Shown here: piece after piece, positions 26,701-37,455 of the stretch | Layout of the letters: each line of letters starts with the position of its first letter | Position numbering within the stretch: position 1 is the stretch's first letter | DNA from: Macrostomum hystrix | Lineage: Eukaryota > Animalia > Platyhelminthes | Length of the DNA: 64,000 bases | Direction of reading: 5' to 3' | Assembly: GCA_950097015.1 (NCBI GenBank) | Contig: CATNEN010000003.1 | Location: 14,942,001 to 15,006,000, forward strand | Position numbers and translations under genes: made by a program | The notes under the pieces: generated by a model | What the model was told of the DNA's origin: nothing | Database searches by the model: none | Seen by the model: only the letters and a program-made list of their open reading frames with translations

Positions 26701-26919
26701 CGAGGCTGACACCCTGAAGGTTTAGACGCTTATCGTGTGAAGGATTTCAAATCCCAGATCGACACGATTTCGATAAGCAAATTTTATATTATCTCTTTGC
26801 TGTTGTTTTCAGTAAAATCAGGCAGCAGAACTCGTGCAAGCAGCTCAGCAGTCCTGAGTGTACTGCTGGCCATGGTATCATCGTACAGTGCAACGATCTA
26901 CAAAATGTTCAACTGCTAG
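14736..26919 (+). CDS. Secreted agrin NtA (TIMP/netrin-like OB fold) domain protein, probably GPI-anchored; exons 14736-15495 and (inferred) 26813-26919
   Basis: Signal peptide MFFILLLAACPSVVRS. ANLVFVGRAVE..AKVELECYLKG..C...LEIGQRAVYF resembles NtA. The phase-1 donor GTGAGT at 15496 is compatible with acceptor TTTTCAG at 26812, giving a hydrophobic C-terminus. Exon 1 is solid; the junction is inferred. Alternative start at 14703. Confidence 0.6.
15640..15857 (-). mobile_element. SINE family A copy (a + strand fragment lies at ~15527-15590)
   Basis: Reverse complement matches 7885-8130. Confidence 0.8.
16385..17146. repeat. 15 bp minisatellite CCGATTCCCACTTGG
   Basis: Direct reading. Confidence 0.97.
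17780..18945. repeat. 16 bp minisatellite AGAAGAGTGACATTTT
   Basis: Period of 16 read directly. Confidence 0.97.
19800..21010. repeat. 16/32 bp minisatellite CTCATCTCTCCCGTGT-CTCATGTCTCGATTGT
   Basis: Direct reading. Confidence 0.97.
21811..22296. repeat. 21 bp minisatellite TCTGTATCATCTATCTGCCTG
   Basis: Direct reading. Confidence 0.97.
23090..24440. repeat. 19 bp minisatellite TTACTAAATTCTCCCATCG
   Basis: Period of 19 read directly. Confidence 0.97.
24455..25270. repeat. 22 bp minisatellite ATTTCACCACTATCCGCCCCTT
   Basis: Direct reading; abuts the 19 bp array. Confidence 0.97.
25862..26720. repeat. 23 bp minisatellite GGAGGCTGACACCCTGAAGGATT
   Basis: Direct reading. Confidence 0.97.
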
Positions 26920-27796
26920 CCATAATCCGGCATCAAGAGCTTTGCATACTACTGACGAAAATGATTTAGTTAGTAGTAAGTAATGAATAATTTTTAGAAA
27001 ACAACATTGAATGCAATTGTTGTATCTTCTTGAATTCTGATAACTTGTTATCTTTGTTGTGATATCGCATTATAACTTGAGGTTTGACAGTTCACAATCA
27101 TCTAACAAATCATCAACATTTCAAACAAATCATAGTTCTGTATTTGTATAGTTACAGTTGCAACGAATAGTTATAAAGTAAATCACTGGTTCCAATAAAC
27201 ATTCAACTATTTCCTCGTTTTGCACAGCTAAATATCAATGTACGAGCTATAATATAGTAAACTATGAAAATTACGTTATATGTATTGTACGGTAATAATG
27301 TACAAAGGAATGCACATTAATTATGCACATATGAATGTACTTTTATAATGTACACAGGAATGTACATTTATTGTGAACCTAGAAATGTACACTTTTAGTG
27401 TACAATAAAATGTCCGCTACTTGATATTAATTGTTATTTAGAGTTACAAGTTATGCTTAGATATAAGTTATAAATTTTATATTTGGAGATTTGGTAAAAT
27501 ACATCTTGCTCGTATCTATTCTATCGGTATTATTGCCTATCTAAATTAGTGCAGAAACAAAATTGCTTTTATTAATTGGAAATTAATTGGAAAACAAGTT
27601 GTATGAAAAAGTCGTGGCTTTAGATTTTGAACTGATTGTTTGATTACATTATCATATTACAGAAATTTTTCTTTTACACAATAATAATCGATTCCGCTTC
27701 AAGATATAAATTTAACAAAGGAGATAAAAGCTAATTTGTTGCTTGATTGAAGAAAATGTCAAAATATGCTTGTACAAGGCACAAGTCTAAAGCACT

Positions 27797-28060
27797 GATT
27801 CCTGTCTTCGATTCCTGTTCACCGATCTGCTTCGATTCCTGTTCACCGATCTGCTTCGATTCCTGTTCACCGATCTGCTTCGATTCCTGTTCACCGATCT
27901 GCTTCGATTCCTGTTCACCGATCTGCTTCGATTCCTGTTCATCGATCTGCTTCGATTCCTGTTCACCGATCTGCTTCGATTCCTGTTCACCGATCTGCTT
28001 CGATTCCTGTTCACCGATCTGCTTCGATTCCAGTTCACTCATTTGCTTCGATTCCTTTTT
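27797..28060. repeat. 24 bp minisatellite GATTCCTGTTCACCGATCTGCTTC
   Basis: Direct reading. Confidence 0.95.
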
Positions 28061-28310
28061 ACCAATCTGCAGTGCCGAATGCATGACGAAAAATTGAACT
28101 GAATAATTCATTTTAAGCGCTATACAAGAAAGTAAATTTTGGTAACCGTATCGTCTAGTTTTGAAGGAATTTACCCTATTAAAAAAACTTTGCCTAATAC
28201 TAAAAAATCAGTCAGTATCAAGGCATAAACGACAGAAATTTTTTTTGTTCGATAAAAGTATCGAATTTTCGAAAAGTATACAATATCGAGTTTAACCAGT
28301 CACAAGACGA

Positions 28311-31300
28311 TCAATTACCGGCTCGTCGACTGTTGAAATAGTTCATGATTTCAATCGGCAATGGAAAAATAACTGTAGAATTCTTCTCCGCTGAAATAGT
28401 TGTCAAAGTTTGTAAATAGCGCAACTGTAGAGCGGCCGGTGATTCGCTCATGATTTCTGCGGCCTCTTTTAGTGCGCGCGACGCTTTCATTTCGCCGTCG
28501 GCCGCGATAACCTAGAAATAAATTTATCTCGACTTGTATAGTGACTTAAGAAGGCACGAGATTTTCCCCATAGTGAGGTAGGTGAGTGGCAGAGTGGTCT
28601 AACGCGTTTGCCTCTCGCGCACCAAGGGGCCCCTGAGCTCGATTCCGCGGTGAGGCCACATTAAATTGGGGCGCAGCCGCATTTTGTACTTCATTACTTT
28701 GTGCTTAGTGTAAGTTGTTTACGCTCGCGTACCCTCTTATTTGTACTTTCTCCTCTCTCCCTCTCTCCCTCTATCAGTTCAACTTATTATCTAACTTTTA
28801 CTTCTCTTTCCTTCCCCCTCGTCTCTGATTGGCTAGCTGTTCGTCTCTCTTTCCTTACCCCCTCCTTTTCAGCTCTTACCCTCTGGCCCGTTCATACTCG
28901 TGTTCCCTATATGCCCCCTCCTTATCTATTGGTTAAAATATTTGATTCTCGGCTAGCGGGCCGGCCTTCTTTTTCGATTCGTTCAGTGCCTTAAACACAG
29001 GCCCTTATTGCGAATACTCAATTAATTTTAAGAAGTCCACTACATGTCGTGCAATTTACGCCATTAAGGGCGAACCCGATTCAAACAATGCACTAAAGAC
29101 GTTCAGATTACGTATAATGATAAGTGCCGTTTAATTCACTTTCTGCTCTCGGTTTTAGTCGAGTGGTTGTAGCCTAGTGGTTAGAGCGTCGGACTCACGA
29201 CTAGATTGTCGGGGGTTCGATTCCCTACTCCATTGGAACGATTTGTGTCCTTCGGCAAGGGACTTAACTCTCCATTGGTTCAGTTCACCCAGCTGTTAAA
29301 TGGGTACCAGAATTTAACTGGGGTAATTGAAGGTGGTTGGGTGAGGCGTCTCCCCAGTCCATGGACTGAACAGCCGTACACAACCTTCAGATGCGCCGCG
29401 CTATAAACATGCCACTGACCTTTGCGTTAGCTTCTCTGTTAGCTTCAGCCTCAGCAGCCATCGAACGCTGCAATTGCTGAGGCAGACGAACATCTTTTCT
29501 GTAAATTATATTTTTTAAGTTTAAGAGTTTAAAGTCTAGGCTTTTCAGGATTTCTTAAAAGTGCAATCAGTGCATAGGACTCACATTTCGACGCGTTCGA
29601 CTTTGACACCCCAGGGATGTGTGACCTGGTCTAGGATTGCCTGGTGAAAAATAATAAATTCTACGCTTATTGACAAATGATATCTTAAGACCCAAGAGTT
29701 AAATTCATGACAGAGAGACAAATGAAGTTTAAAAAATTAAAACACCACTAGTCCATGTACGTTCAGTCCATTGATGTACATTCTATCTAAGACCCTTCGG
29801 AAAGCCACAACCTTATCATCCCTATAAAAATGTACGTTTTACCCCACCCCTACAAAAACCACTGCCTTATCAACCCGATAGTAATGTACAGTCTACCCCT
29901 ACAAAAACCACCGCCGTATCAACCTGATAGTAATGTACAGTCTACCCCTACAAAAACCACCGCCTTACCAAACCGATAGTAATGTACAGTCTACCCCTAC
30001 AAAAACCACCGCCTTACCAAACCGATAGTAATGTACAGTCTACCCCTACAAAAACCACCGCCTTACCAAACCGATAGTAATGTACAGTCTACCCCTACAA
30101 AAACCACCGCCTTATCAAACCGATAGTAATGTACAGTCTACCCCTACAAAAAAACACCGCCTTATCAACCCGATAGTAATGTACAGTCTACCCCTACAAA
30201 AACCACCGCCTTATCAACCCGATAGTAATGTACAGTCTACCCCTACAAAAACCACCGCCTTACCAAACCGATAGTAATGTACAGTCTACCCCTACAAAAA
30301 CCACCGCCTTATCAAACCGATAGTAATGTACAGTCTACCCCTACAAAAACCACCGCCTTACCAAACCGATAGTAATGTACAGTCTACCCCTACAAAAACC
30401 ACAGCCTTATCAAACCGATAGTAATGTACAGTCTACCCCTACAAAAACCACCGCCTTATCAACCTGATAGTAATGTACAGTCTACCCCTACAAAAACCAC
30501 CGCCTTATCAACCCCATAGTAATGTACAGTCTACCCCTACAAAAAACCACCGGCTTATCATATCTTCTAAGAGTGTTCATTCTTCCCCGACCCTACAAAA
30601 CCAGCACCCGACAAGTAACTCCCAAGAAATTATAAAGACTCCTGAAAAAATATATTTAGACTCACCGATATGCTCTGACTCATTGCGTCCCTCTCGCTGA
30701 GAATTTCAGTCAAAGTTCTCGAACCAAGAACATTTCTTAGAGTTGTCTGAGCCAGGTACTTTGTAGACAAGTTCACGTTTGTTACGGCTGTTACTGAGAG
30801 AACGGGATTCAGCACTTTGTAGTAGACTACAGCGTCAACAGCAACCGTGACGGAGTCCCTGGTGAGAATCTGTGATAAAAGAGTTTCGTGGCTTTTAAGA
30901 GTCGTTCATATCTAAAAAATTCTGGAACTCTGTCTAACCTGTTAGACAATATTCTAATTACCTGTAAGACAGGAGTCTTACCTGCGAGAAAGGAGTCTAA
31001 CCTGTTAGACAAAATTCTAACATGTTAGGCAACATTCTAACCCGTAAGATAGTAAGTCGAACCTGTTAGACAAGATTCCTATTAGACAGGAGTCTAACCT
31101 GTTAGACAGTAGTCTAACCTGTTCAGTATTCTAACCCGTTAGACAGTAGTCTAACCTGTTAGACAGTAGTCTAACCTGTTAGACAGTAGTCTAAGCTGTT
31201 AGACAGTAGTCTAACCTGTTAGACAGTAGTCTAACCTGTTCAGTAATCTAACCTGTTAGACAATAGTCTAACCTGTAAGACAGTAGTCTAACCTGTAAGA

Positions 31301-32061
31301 CAGTAGTCTAACCTGTTAGACAGTAGTCTAAACTGTTCAGTAATCTAACCTGTTAGACAGTAATCTAACCTGTTAGACAGTAATCTAACCTGTTAGACAG
31401 TAATCTAACCTGTTAGACAGTAATCTAACCTGTTAGACAGTAGACAGTAATCTAACCTGTTAGACAGTAATCTAACCTGTTAGACAGTAATCTAACCTGT
31501 TAGACAGTAATCTAACCTGTTAGACAGTAATCTAACCTGTTAGACAGGAATCTAACCTGTTAGACAGGAATCTAACCTGTTAGACAGTAGTCTAACCTGT
31601 AGTCTAAGCTGTTAGATAAGTTTTCTATTAAACTCACCGCCTGAGGTTCAACGTCAAACATGATGGTTCTGAGATCAATAACGTGAATCTGATCAACGCA
31701 GGGTATTAGCAGTATCAGTCCCGGCCCATGGGTACCAGATTTAATGCGACCCAATCGAAATATGACCGCTCGCTCGTACGTTTTTACCGTCTAAAAAGCG
31801 TTTTTTTCAAAATAATAATTAGGTGTACTTTTGGTTGTATCCAAGTATATTAACTTTCTAAGAAAGCTTTCTCACCGTTATAACAAACAACATCGAGAAC
31901 GGAAAAGTAAGCGCAACCATTAATAAGGCTAACGCAATCAGACAATATCCGCAGCATCCTAAACCGGAATTATCCGGCCTTATCTCGGCCTCTTTGTCGA
32001 TGTCTATGGCCGAAGTCGTGATAGGACTGATTCTATTGGATTCAATTAGGCTTGCTTGCAT
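28311..32061 (-). CDS. STOM: Stomatin / band 7 (SPFH) protein, ~292 aa; exons 32061-31876, 31790-31638, 30869-30666, 29640-29585, 29498-29420, 28511-28311
   Basis: All GT-AG junctions are in frame. YERAVIFRLGR, GPGL..IPCVD, ILTRDSVTVAVDAVVYY, WGVKVERVE, LQRSMAAEAEA, ALQLRYLQTL..I.AEKNST..FPLP. Confidence 0.95.
28577..29074 (+). mobile_element. SINE family A 5' part (28577-28680, resuming at ~29046-29074) split by a ~360 bp CCAAT-rich insert
   Basis: Head matches 7885-7985; GTCGTGCAATTTACGCC continues the consensus after the insert. Confidence 0.7.
29160..29400 (+). mobile_element. tRNA-derived CORE-like SINE (family B) in a stomatin intron
   Basis: A box TAGCCTAGTGG, B box GGTTCGATTCC, CORE-like GTGTCCTTCGGCAAGGGACTTAAC and CACCCAGCTGTTAAATGGGTACC. 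Confidence 0.8.
29845..30560. repeat. 49 bp minisatellite in stomatin intron 3
   Basis: ATGTACAGTC recurs at 29884, 29933, 29982, 30031 and onward. Confidence 0.97.
30930..31610. repeat. 20 bp palindromic minisatellite TCTAACCTGTTAGACAGTAA in stomatin intron 2
   Basis: Direct reading. Confidence 0.96.
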
Positions 32062-32631
32062 TATTCACAGTCTATTAAAGTGGAGTGCGATTTTTTTCTT
32101 TAAAAAATGACTGTTCAAGATCGCGACATGTACTGTCAAGTTATCTATATATATATTCATTTAAGGCGAGATCAACTTGGCTTTGACTCAGTTTTACATT
32201 TACTGCTGATAAGATAAAAAAAGTTGAGCTTTTCGACCAGTCAAATTGGTTAGTCATCAACATGTGTGACTGCAGTGTTGTCTTAAGATATTTCGTGCAA
32301 TTAAAGGCTTTATTTATTGGTCTAGAGGCATGACATGAGTACGAGTATAAGGATCGTGCAGTGCATGTTCACGGTGACTAAATTAATCGAGAAATTTTTA
32401 TCTACCAAATTAAAAGCAATGAGATTCTACATCTGTAGGCTTGACTTGACCACAGAATATAATCTCCAAGGAGTGTGTTAAAAGTACTTATAATTTTTCT
32501 GTACTGTCAAAAAGTTATTCATCGATAAATCAACACAATTTTGGTGTCGTTAGAAAGCAACTTAATCATTCTATGTTTTGGTGTGAACACACATTTTATT
32601 TCACTGTCCGAAAATTACTTTGCAATATGTA

Positions 32632-32812
32632 CTTGGTTGCGGGCACTGGCAATTCTGCCCAAGATTGCTGAGCACATACGCTCAGATCGTCAGACAGTGT
32701 ACCCTCTCACAGGGCCTTGAAGATTGGCTCCAAATGGCGTAAATTGCACGACAAGCCCCCAGGCCTTCTCTTCGCGACTGCGCCTCAAAGGAATGTGGCC
32801 TCGCCGCGGAAT
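32632..32812 (-). mobile_element. SINE family A, diverged and internally deleted copy
   Basis: GGCGTAAATTGCACGACAAGCCCCCAGGCCTTCTC..TGTGGCCTCGCCGCGGAAT is the reverse complement of the consensus. Confidence 0.75.
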
Positions 32813-32929
32813 TGTATTATTTAATCTTGCTCCCAACGCTATCTTTGCATCGTGGGCATGGACATGGAAATGGCTATGGATATGGGGGCGAATGTTCCCC
32901 AATCTGAGGACTCGCTTGAGAGGCAACTT

Positions 32930-33260
32930 TGCAGCAGGGGAATCTCATCGAGTAGGGGAATACCGACGAGCAGGAGAATCCCGTCACGCAGGTAACTCCA
33001 GGGGGAGAACAAACCTGTCAAACAGGGAATTCGATCGAGCAGGGAAATCCAGTCGAGCAGGGAATTCCAGTCAAGTAGGAGAATCCCTCGAGGAGGAGGG
33101 ATTCCCCAGAATCCCGATGATCTGGGGAATCCCTTCAGGCAGGGAATTCCTCTGAAAAACAAACCTGTTCAGCAGAGAATCCCGTCGAGGAGGGGAATCC
33201 CTTTAAGCAGGGGAATCCTTTCAAGGTAAGCTCGCGTACAGAAAGGGAATCCCGGCAAAA
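32930..33260. repeat. Degenerate GGGAATCCC/TCGAG repeat cluster
   Basis: Many GGGAATCCC/GGGAATTCC variants at short spacing. Confidence 0.7.
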
Positions 33261-33613
33261 TTGATACCTTCACGTAGGAAAACCTCGCTGAGAAAAGAAA
33301 ATGGCAAACAATATTATTGAAAAAACTATTCCAAAAGCGTTTTAAATATGCGAACGTCAATACTTTCCTTATTGGCATAATTTTTATTGCAAGCTTCATA
33401 CTAATAAATAAGTTGCAGCAGCGAAAAGTCCAGTGAATTTACTCGCGCATTAAAAAATCAACAAATCAATTGCTGCGCCAGAATGATAATGACGTCTATC
33501 AAGAATAAAGAGGTGTTTTACACTTTTTTCTTATAGTAATTCATTTCGCCACTAAGTAGTCAGTGGTTTCATAGGTAAAATACTGGAAACAGCAAAGTTA
33601 CAGTGACTAATTG

Positions 33614-35988
33614 TTAGTCATTAAAACTCATTCGATATTTAACTAAAGCCATGGTGTCCTTGGCTCGAGTAATCTCAGCCATGCTCATCAATTTCCTCTC
33701 TTCGGGCACTTCGGCTAACCAGTTTTTAAGTCGATAAACAGTACTCGCATTTTCTTCAGACCACATCAGTGTTGTCAGTGTGGTTAGAAATGATTTCCCA
33801 TTGTGAACATCGCCGCAAATCCATCTACGATCGAATGGGAACAATGGAGTCGACCATAAACTAGCAGCTGAGCCGGAATTCTCAACCCAAGCTTCATCGA
33901 AATCGACGGCGTGCCGTTCTAGAAAGTCGCTCAACGGTTTTCCAAGAAATGTAGCCGATTTAAAATCCCGCTGTTTCGGATTGTCGGCCGAATGAAAGGC
34001 CCACGTGACACTACCACCGCCAACCAATGGGACAGTTTGCATTACCCAACAATTGGGAATAAGCAAGTCTGCCAAGGGCTCAATGCACACACAATGGCTA
34101 AGCAGACAGTTAGAACCGATGCAAAACGAGCGAGTTGTGATGCTGCAGAACTCAATTGCAGAGCGGTTGCCATTGAACTTTAAGCCTTCGCCAATGTTGA
34201 GTGTGCAACGTGTAACAATGTTATCAAGTGCACCGCCCAGTCTGTCGAAAAAATATTAGATGATTGTAATTAAAAAGCAGGTTACATAAAAACATAAACT
34301 ATCTATAACTGAAATTAAAAAACCGTACAGTGGACGTACCCGTTGTCAACACCAACAGTAAAGCATCTAGCTAGTTCGATTGGTCGAAATAACGCATCAA
34401 GATACTCTCTTGTGCTTCCAATATGCACTAGAGCTGATTTATCAATCCGACACAAGCGAAGCTTCCTGCCACGAAGCAATTCAAATAGACTTGTTCGCAG
34501 CTCGATTAGACGAGCAACAGTTGACGAACTCGGTGGTCGAGATAGATTTCGAGTTTCGTTAGCGTAGTCTGATAGTACTGCTTCGCTGTGTGAACGAGTG
34601 TAAAATTACAGAGAAGTTGAGATAACTGGACATTGTAATAAAAAAGCAGATTTGAACAGACTATGTATGACTCATGGGTATGTTCTATTTTTAGCACAAT
34701 CAGCCAATGACGTCACGCGTCCTTGACGCATTCGTCGCTCGCGTGAAAACTTCCCGATAATGAGATTTGAGACAGAAAGCTGATATTAAAGTATACGTAC
34801 TTTAATGCAAATAAAAGATTGAAATTCCTACCTGCCGAGACCTCGCAAAATATCACCGTACGCGTCTAACTCCAATCCGACCATTGACAGTTGGTTTTCA
34901 TCGTGCCAGGCCAACAAGGCTTCGAACAATTTGTTAACATCATGCAACCAAAAAACTGAATCAACAAGAACGCTGCCATCCTGTGATGCGATGACACCAG
35001 CTGTAGAACGCATCTCTGGAACAGTTGGCTTCTGCAGGACGCGGCAACAGTCAAGAACAGCCAAGCCAGTTGCTAAGCTAGTCTCATCAACAATCTCATT
35101 TTGATCAACACAATAGATGCCATGTCCGCTAGCCAAAGCTAAATCCTGAGTAGGATGCGCCAGAGCAACTACGTCGGCTGTGGCTAGACGGTGGCACGCT
35201 GGCGATGATGTACTTAAATTGGTTGACTCAAACTCGCAAGGCAGCAGGGCGTCAGAGCACGCTACAATAAGTTAAAGAAAGACAACTTCTTGCTACATTT
35301 CAATGTTAAATATCAAACGCCCACAATTGGCATACCCAAGAAGAAGCAGCCAATGCTGGAATCGGCGGCAAATTTAGCAAACGGTTCCGACAGGCCAACA
35401 ACAATGTCCAGCATGTCCAGACAGCCGGCACTGCTAGTTGGCATGGTGGCAAACAATTTTCCTAGAGCAGCTAGCCAAGGAGCTCGCTGACTCATACCGC
35501 CAGCCGGGATGAAAAGAGTTCTCATGCTGCTCAACTTTTTAGTGCCAAATTCGTTGCGCAGTTCATTGAGACAGAAGAGCAGAGCTCCACCATTGCCTGT
35601 TGCATGAAATAAAAAAACAAGTTTCAGCGAACAAATTAGCGAAACGAAAGTAAGATGCTGCGTCGACCTACCGATCTTGGGCCCAGGAGGATCTGAGTAT
35701 ATTCTAAGCTTAGCTTGAAACTTCTCTTCACCCAGAACTCTATACCCAGCAGCCTGATCTGGGTCAGATGCGCAAATTGCTATGATGTCCCAAGATGTCT
35801 GGTAGTCTGGAATGTTTTTAAATTCATTGCCATTGTAATTTGAACAAAAATGTCAGTATAGCTTGAGCATGGTAAAAAATAATGCTTTGAAAAGAGACTA
35901 TAGAATTACTATACTAAGAATACGTAATATATACGTACTTACTATTTTCTTTATAAAGTCGAAGTAGAAAGTCAGGAGAAATAAGCAT
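33614..35988 (-). CDS. FPGT: Fucose-1-phosphate guanylyltransferase; exons 35988-35943, 35806-35672, 35596-35336, 35261-34832, 34585-34340, 34241-33614
   Basis: WDIIAI.ASD, SDPPGPKIGNGG, AGGMSQRAP...LGKLF, GHGIY, LQKP, ELDAYGD.L, HIGSTREY, SLWSTPLFP; phases are consistent at all junctions. Confidence 0.9.
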
Positions 35989-37455
35989 AGTAATTTTTTA
36001 GTGCAGAAAATATTGAGTGCAGAATGTGTAATTTATGCTAAATGCATCAGACTTAACTAGTGTGTTTAAGGTAACAGGCAAAGCCTTAGATTCGGTTCCA
36101 TAAAAATAAGAATCTTACAAATGTAAACACCTATCAAATCAAGGCTTATTAATAAATTATTTGCAGCATGAGATAAAAGCTTCTGATTGTGCGGCAATTC
36201 GGGAGCCACTGAAATTTAGAGCTTAATTGGCGGCTGGTCTCTATGTTATCGTTGCCGACGGTGACGACAAAGTGCGAGAGCTGCAAGCAGTGGGCATGCA
36301 AAAATGTTCAGGCTGTTGAAAATTAAAATTTTCCAAATCATGGTAGAAACATCCTTTTCTTAGAAATAAATGCGAAGGAACAAACTAAACTCTATTATGG
36401 AGTACAATAATAGCTATATATTTCCGTGAGTAAACAATACAATAAATAAAATGTTCTAATGCTGACATAAATTCTGCAATAAAATATCGTTTTCAAAACG
36501 ATTGTTTATAATTAAAAATTTAACTTAACGAATCATTAGGCGCAAATTAGGTAGACTCAAAAATGATCTCGACATAATCTCAGGACTAATATAATTAATA
36601 ACCACGCTGTGATACTAAGTAAGACGTATAGCACGCTTTTTTATCTATCCATATTTTAAATAACGTTTAAATAAGTTTCAGCCCAAAAACTTTTACGAGT
36701 AAGTACATGAGTTTCAGAGTTTGTCAAATCGGACTAAATCAGAATTAAGTAATTTATTAGCTTGCCGATACTTAACATGGTTTCTCATACAGCAGTATGG
36801 AGCATGCTGTATAGTAAGTAGTAAATAACTACTAGTTGTAAAGTTTTGGGTTCTGATAATCACTTTTCAAGAACAGATCAACTCAATTAAGTAATTAAAA
36901 CGCCTTAGCTAGCTTTTACAAAAAGTATGGTACTTACTCAGATCTTTTGAATTCCTTTTTAATGGAAAATTTCGTACATAATTTTCGTGTTCAAAAAAGT
37001 TTTTGTATCTGTTTTGTATTTTGTATGAAGTTTAAATTTCATATTAGTAATTAATTTTCAGTTTTATTTATGATGTCACACTTAATTCATTATTAGGGGC
37101 CTATTATTTATTTTTTATGCGTGATCTTGTAGCATACACGCAAAGCTTTGTTAGCTAGCTGATACATTTATTCGTTTTTTTATTTTGACAACTTCACTAA
37201 ATTGGCACTCTACAACTTTAAATATAATTGTTATAATTGGCTTTTGGAGACAATGGGACTGGAGAATAAATAAAATATTTCCTGCATAAATTTTAAATTC
37301 TGTTCTTAATTGTGAAGCACACACCTGTAGAAGTTTTGCTAAAAAAACTTGTGTTAAACTGTTAGCTAAGGTTTTCTTTTTTCCTGTAGCAAATTGTCTT
37401 TTATATTTGCTCAATTATTTTTTCATTTCAGATCTTGCAGATAATTAAAAAAGCC

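Noticed and set aside
16363-28111. Long ORFs across tandem arrays (e.g. GQVGI, SHLAD, EQESKQIG repeats)
   Set aside because: They are open in several frames and on both strands, which is a by-product of stop-free monomers.
29160-29230. tRNA gene
   Set aside because: No proper acceptor stem, and it runs into a SINE body repeated at 3510-3680.
15496-31610. CRISPR-like arrays
   Set aside because: Monomers are head-to-tail with no unique spacers, there are no cas genes, and the context is eukaryotic.
34700-34772. Extra FPGT exon, or CCAAT+CRE (TGACGTCA) element in the intron
   Set aside because: The donor is weak, the flanking exons already join in frame, and single motifs can occur by chance.
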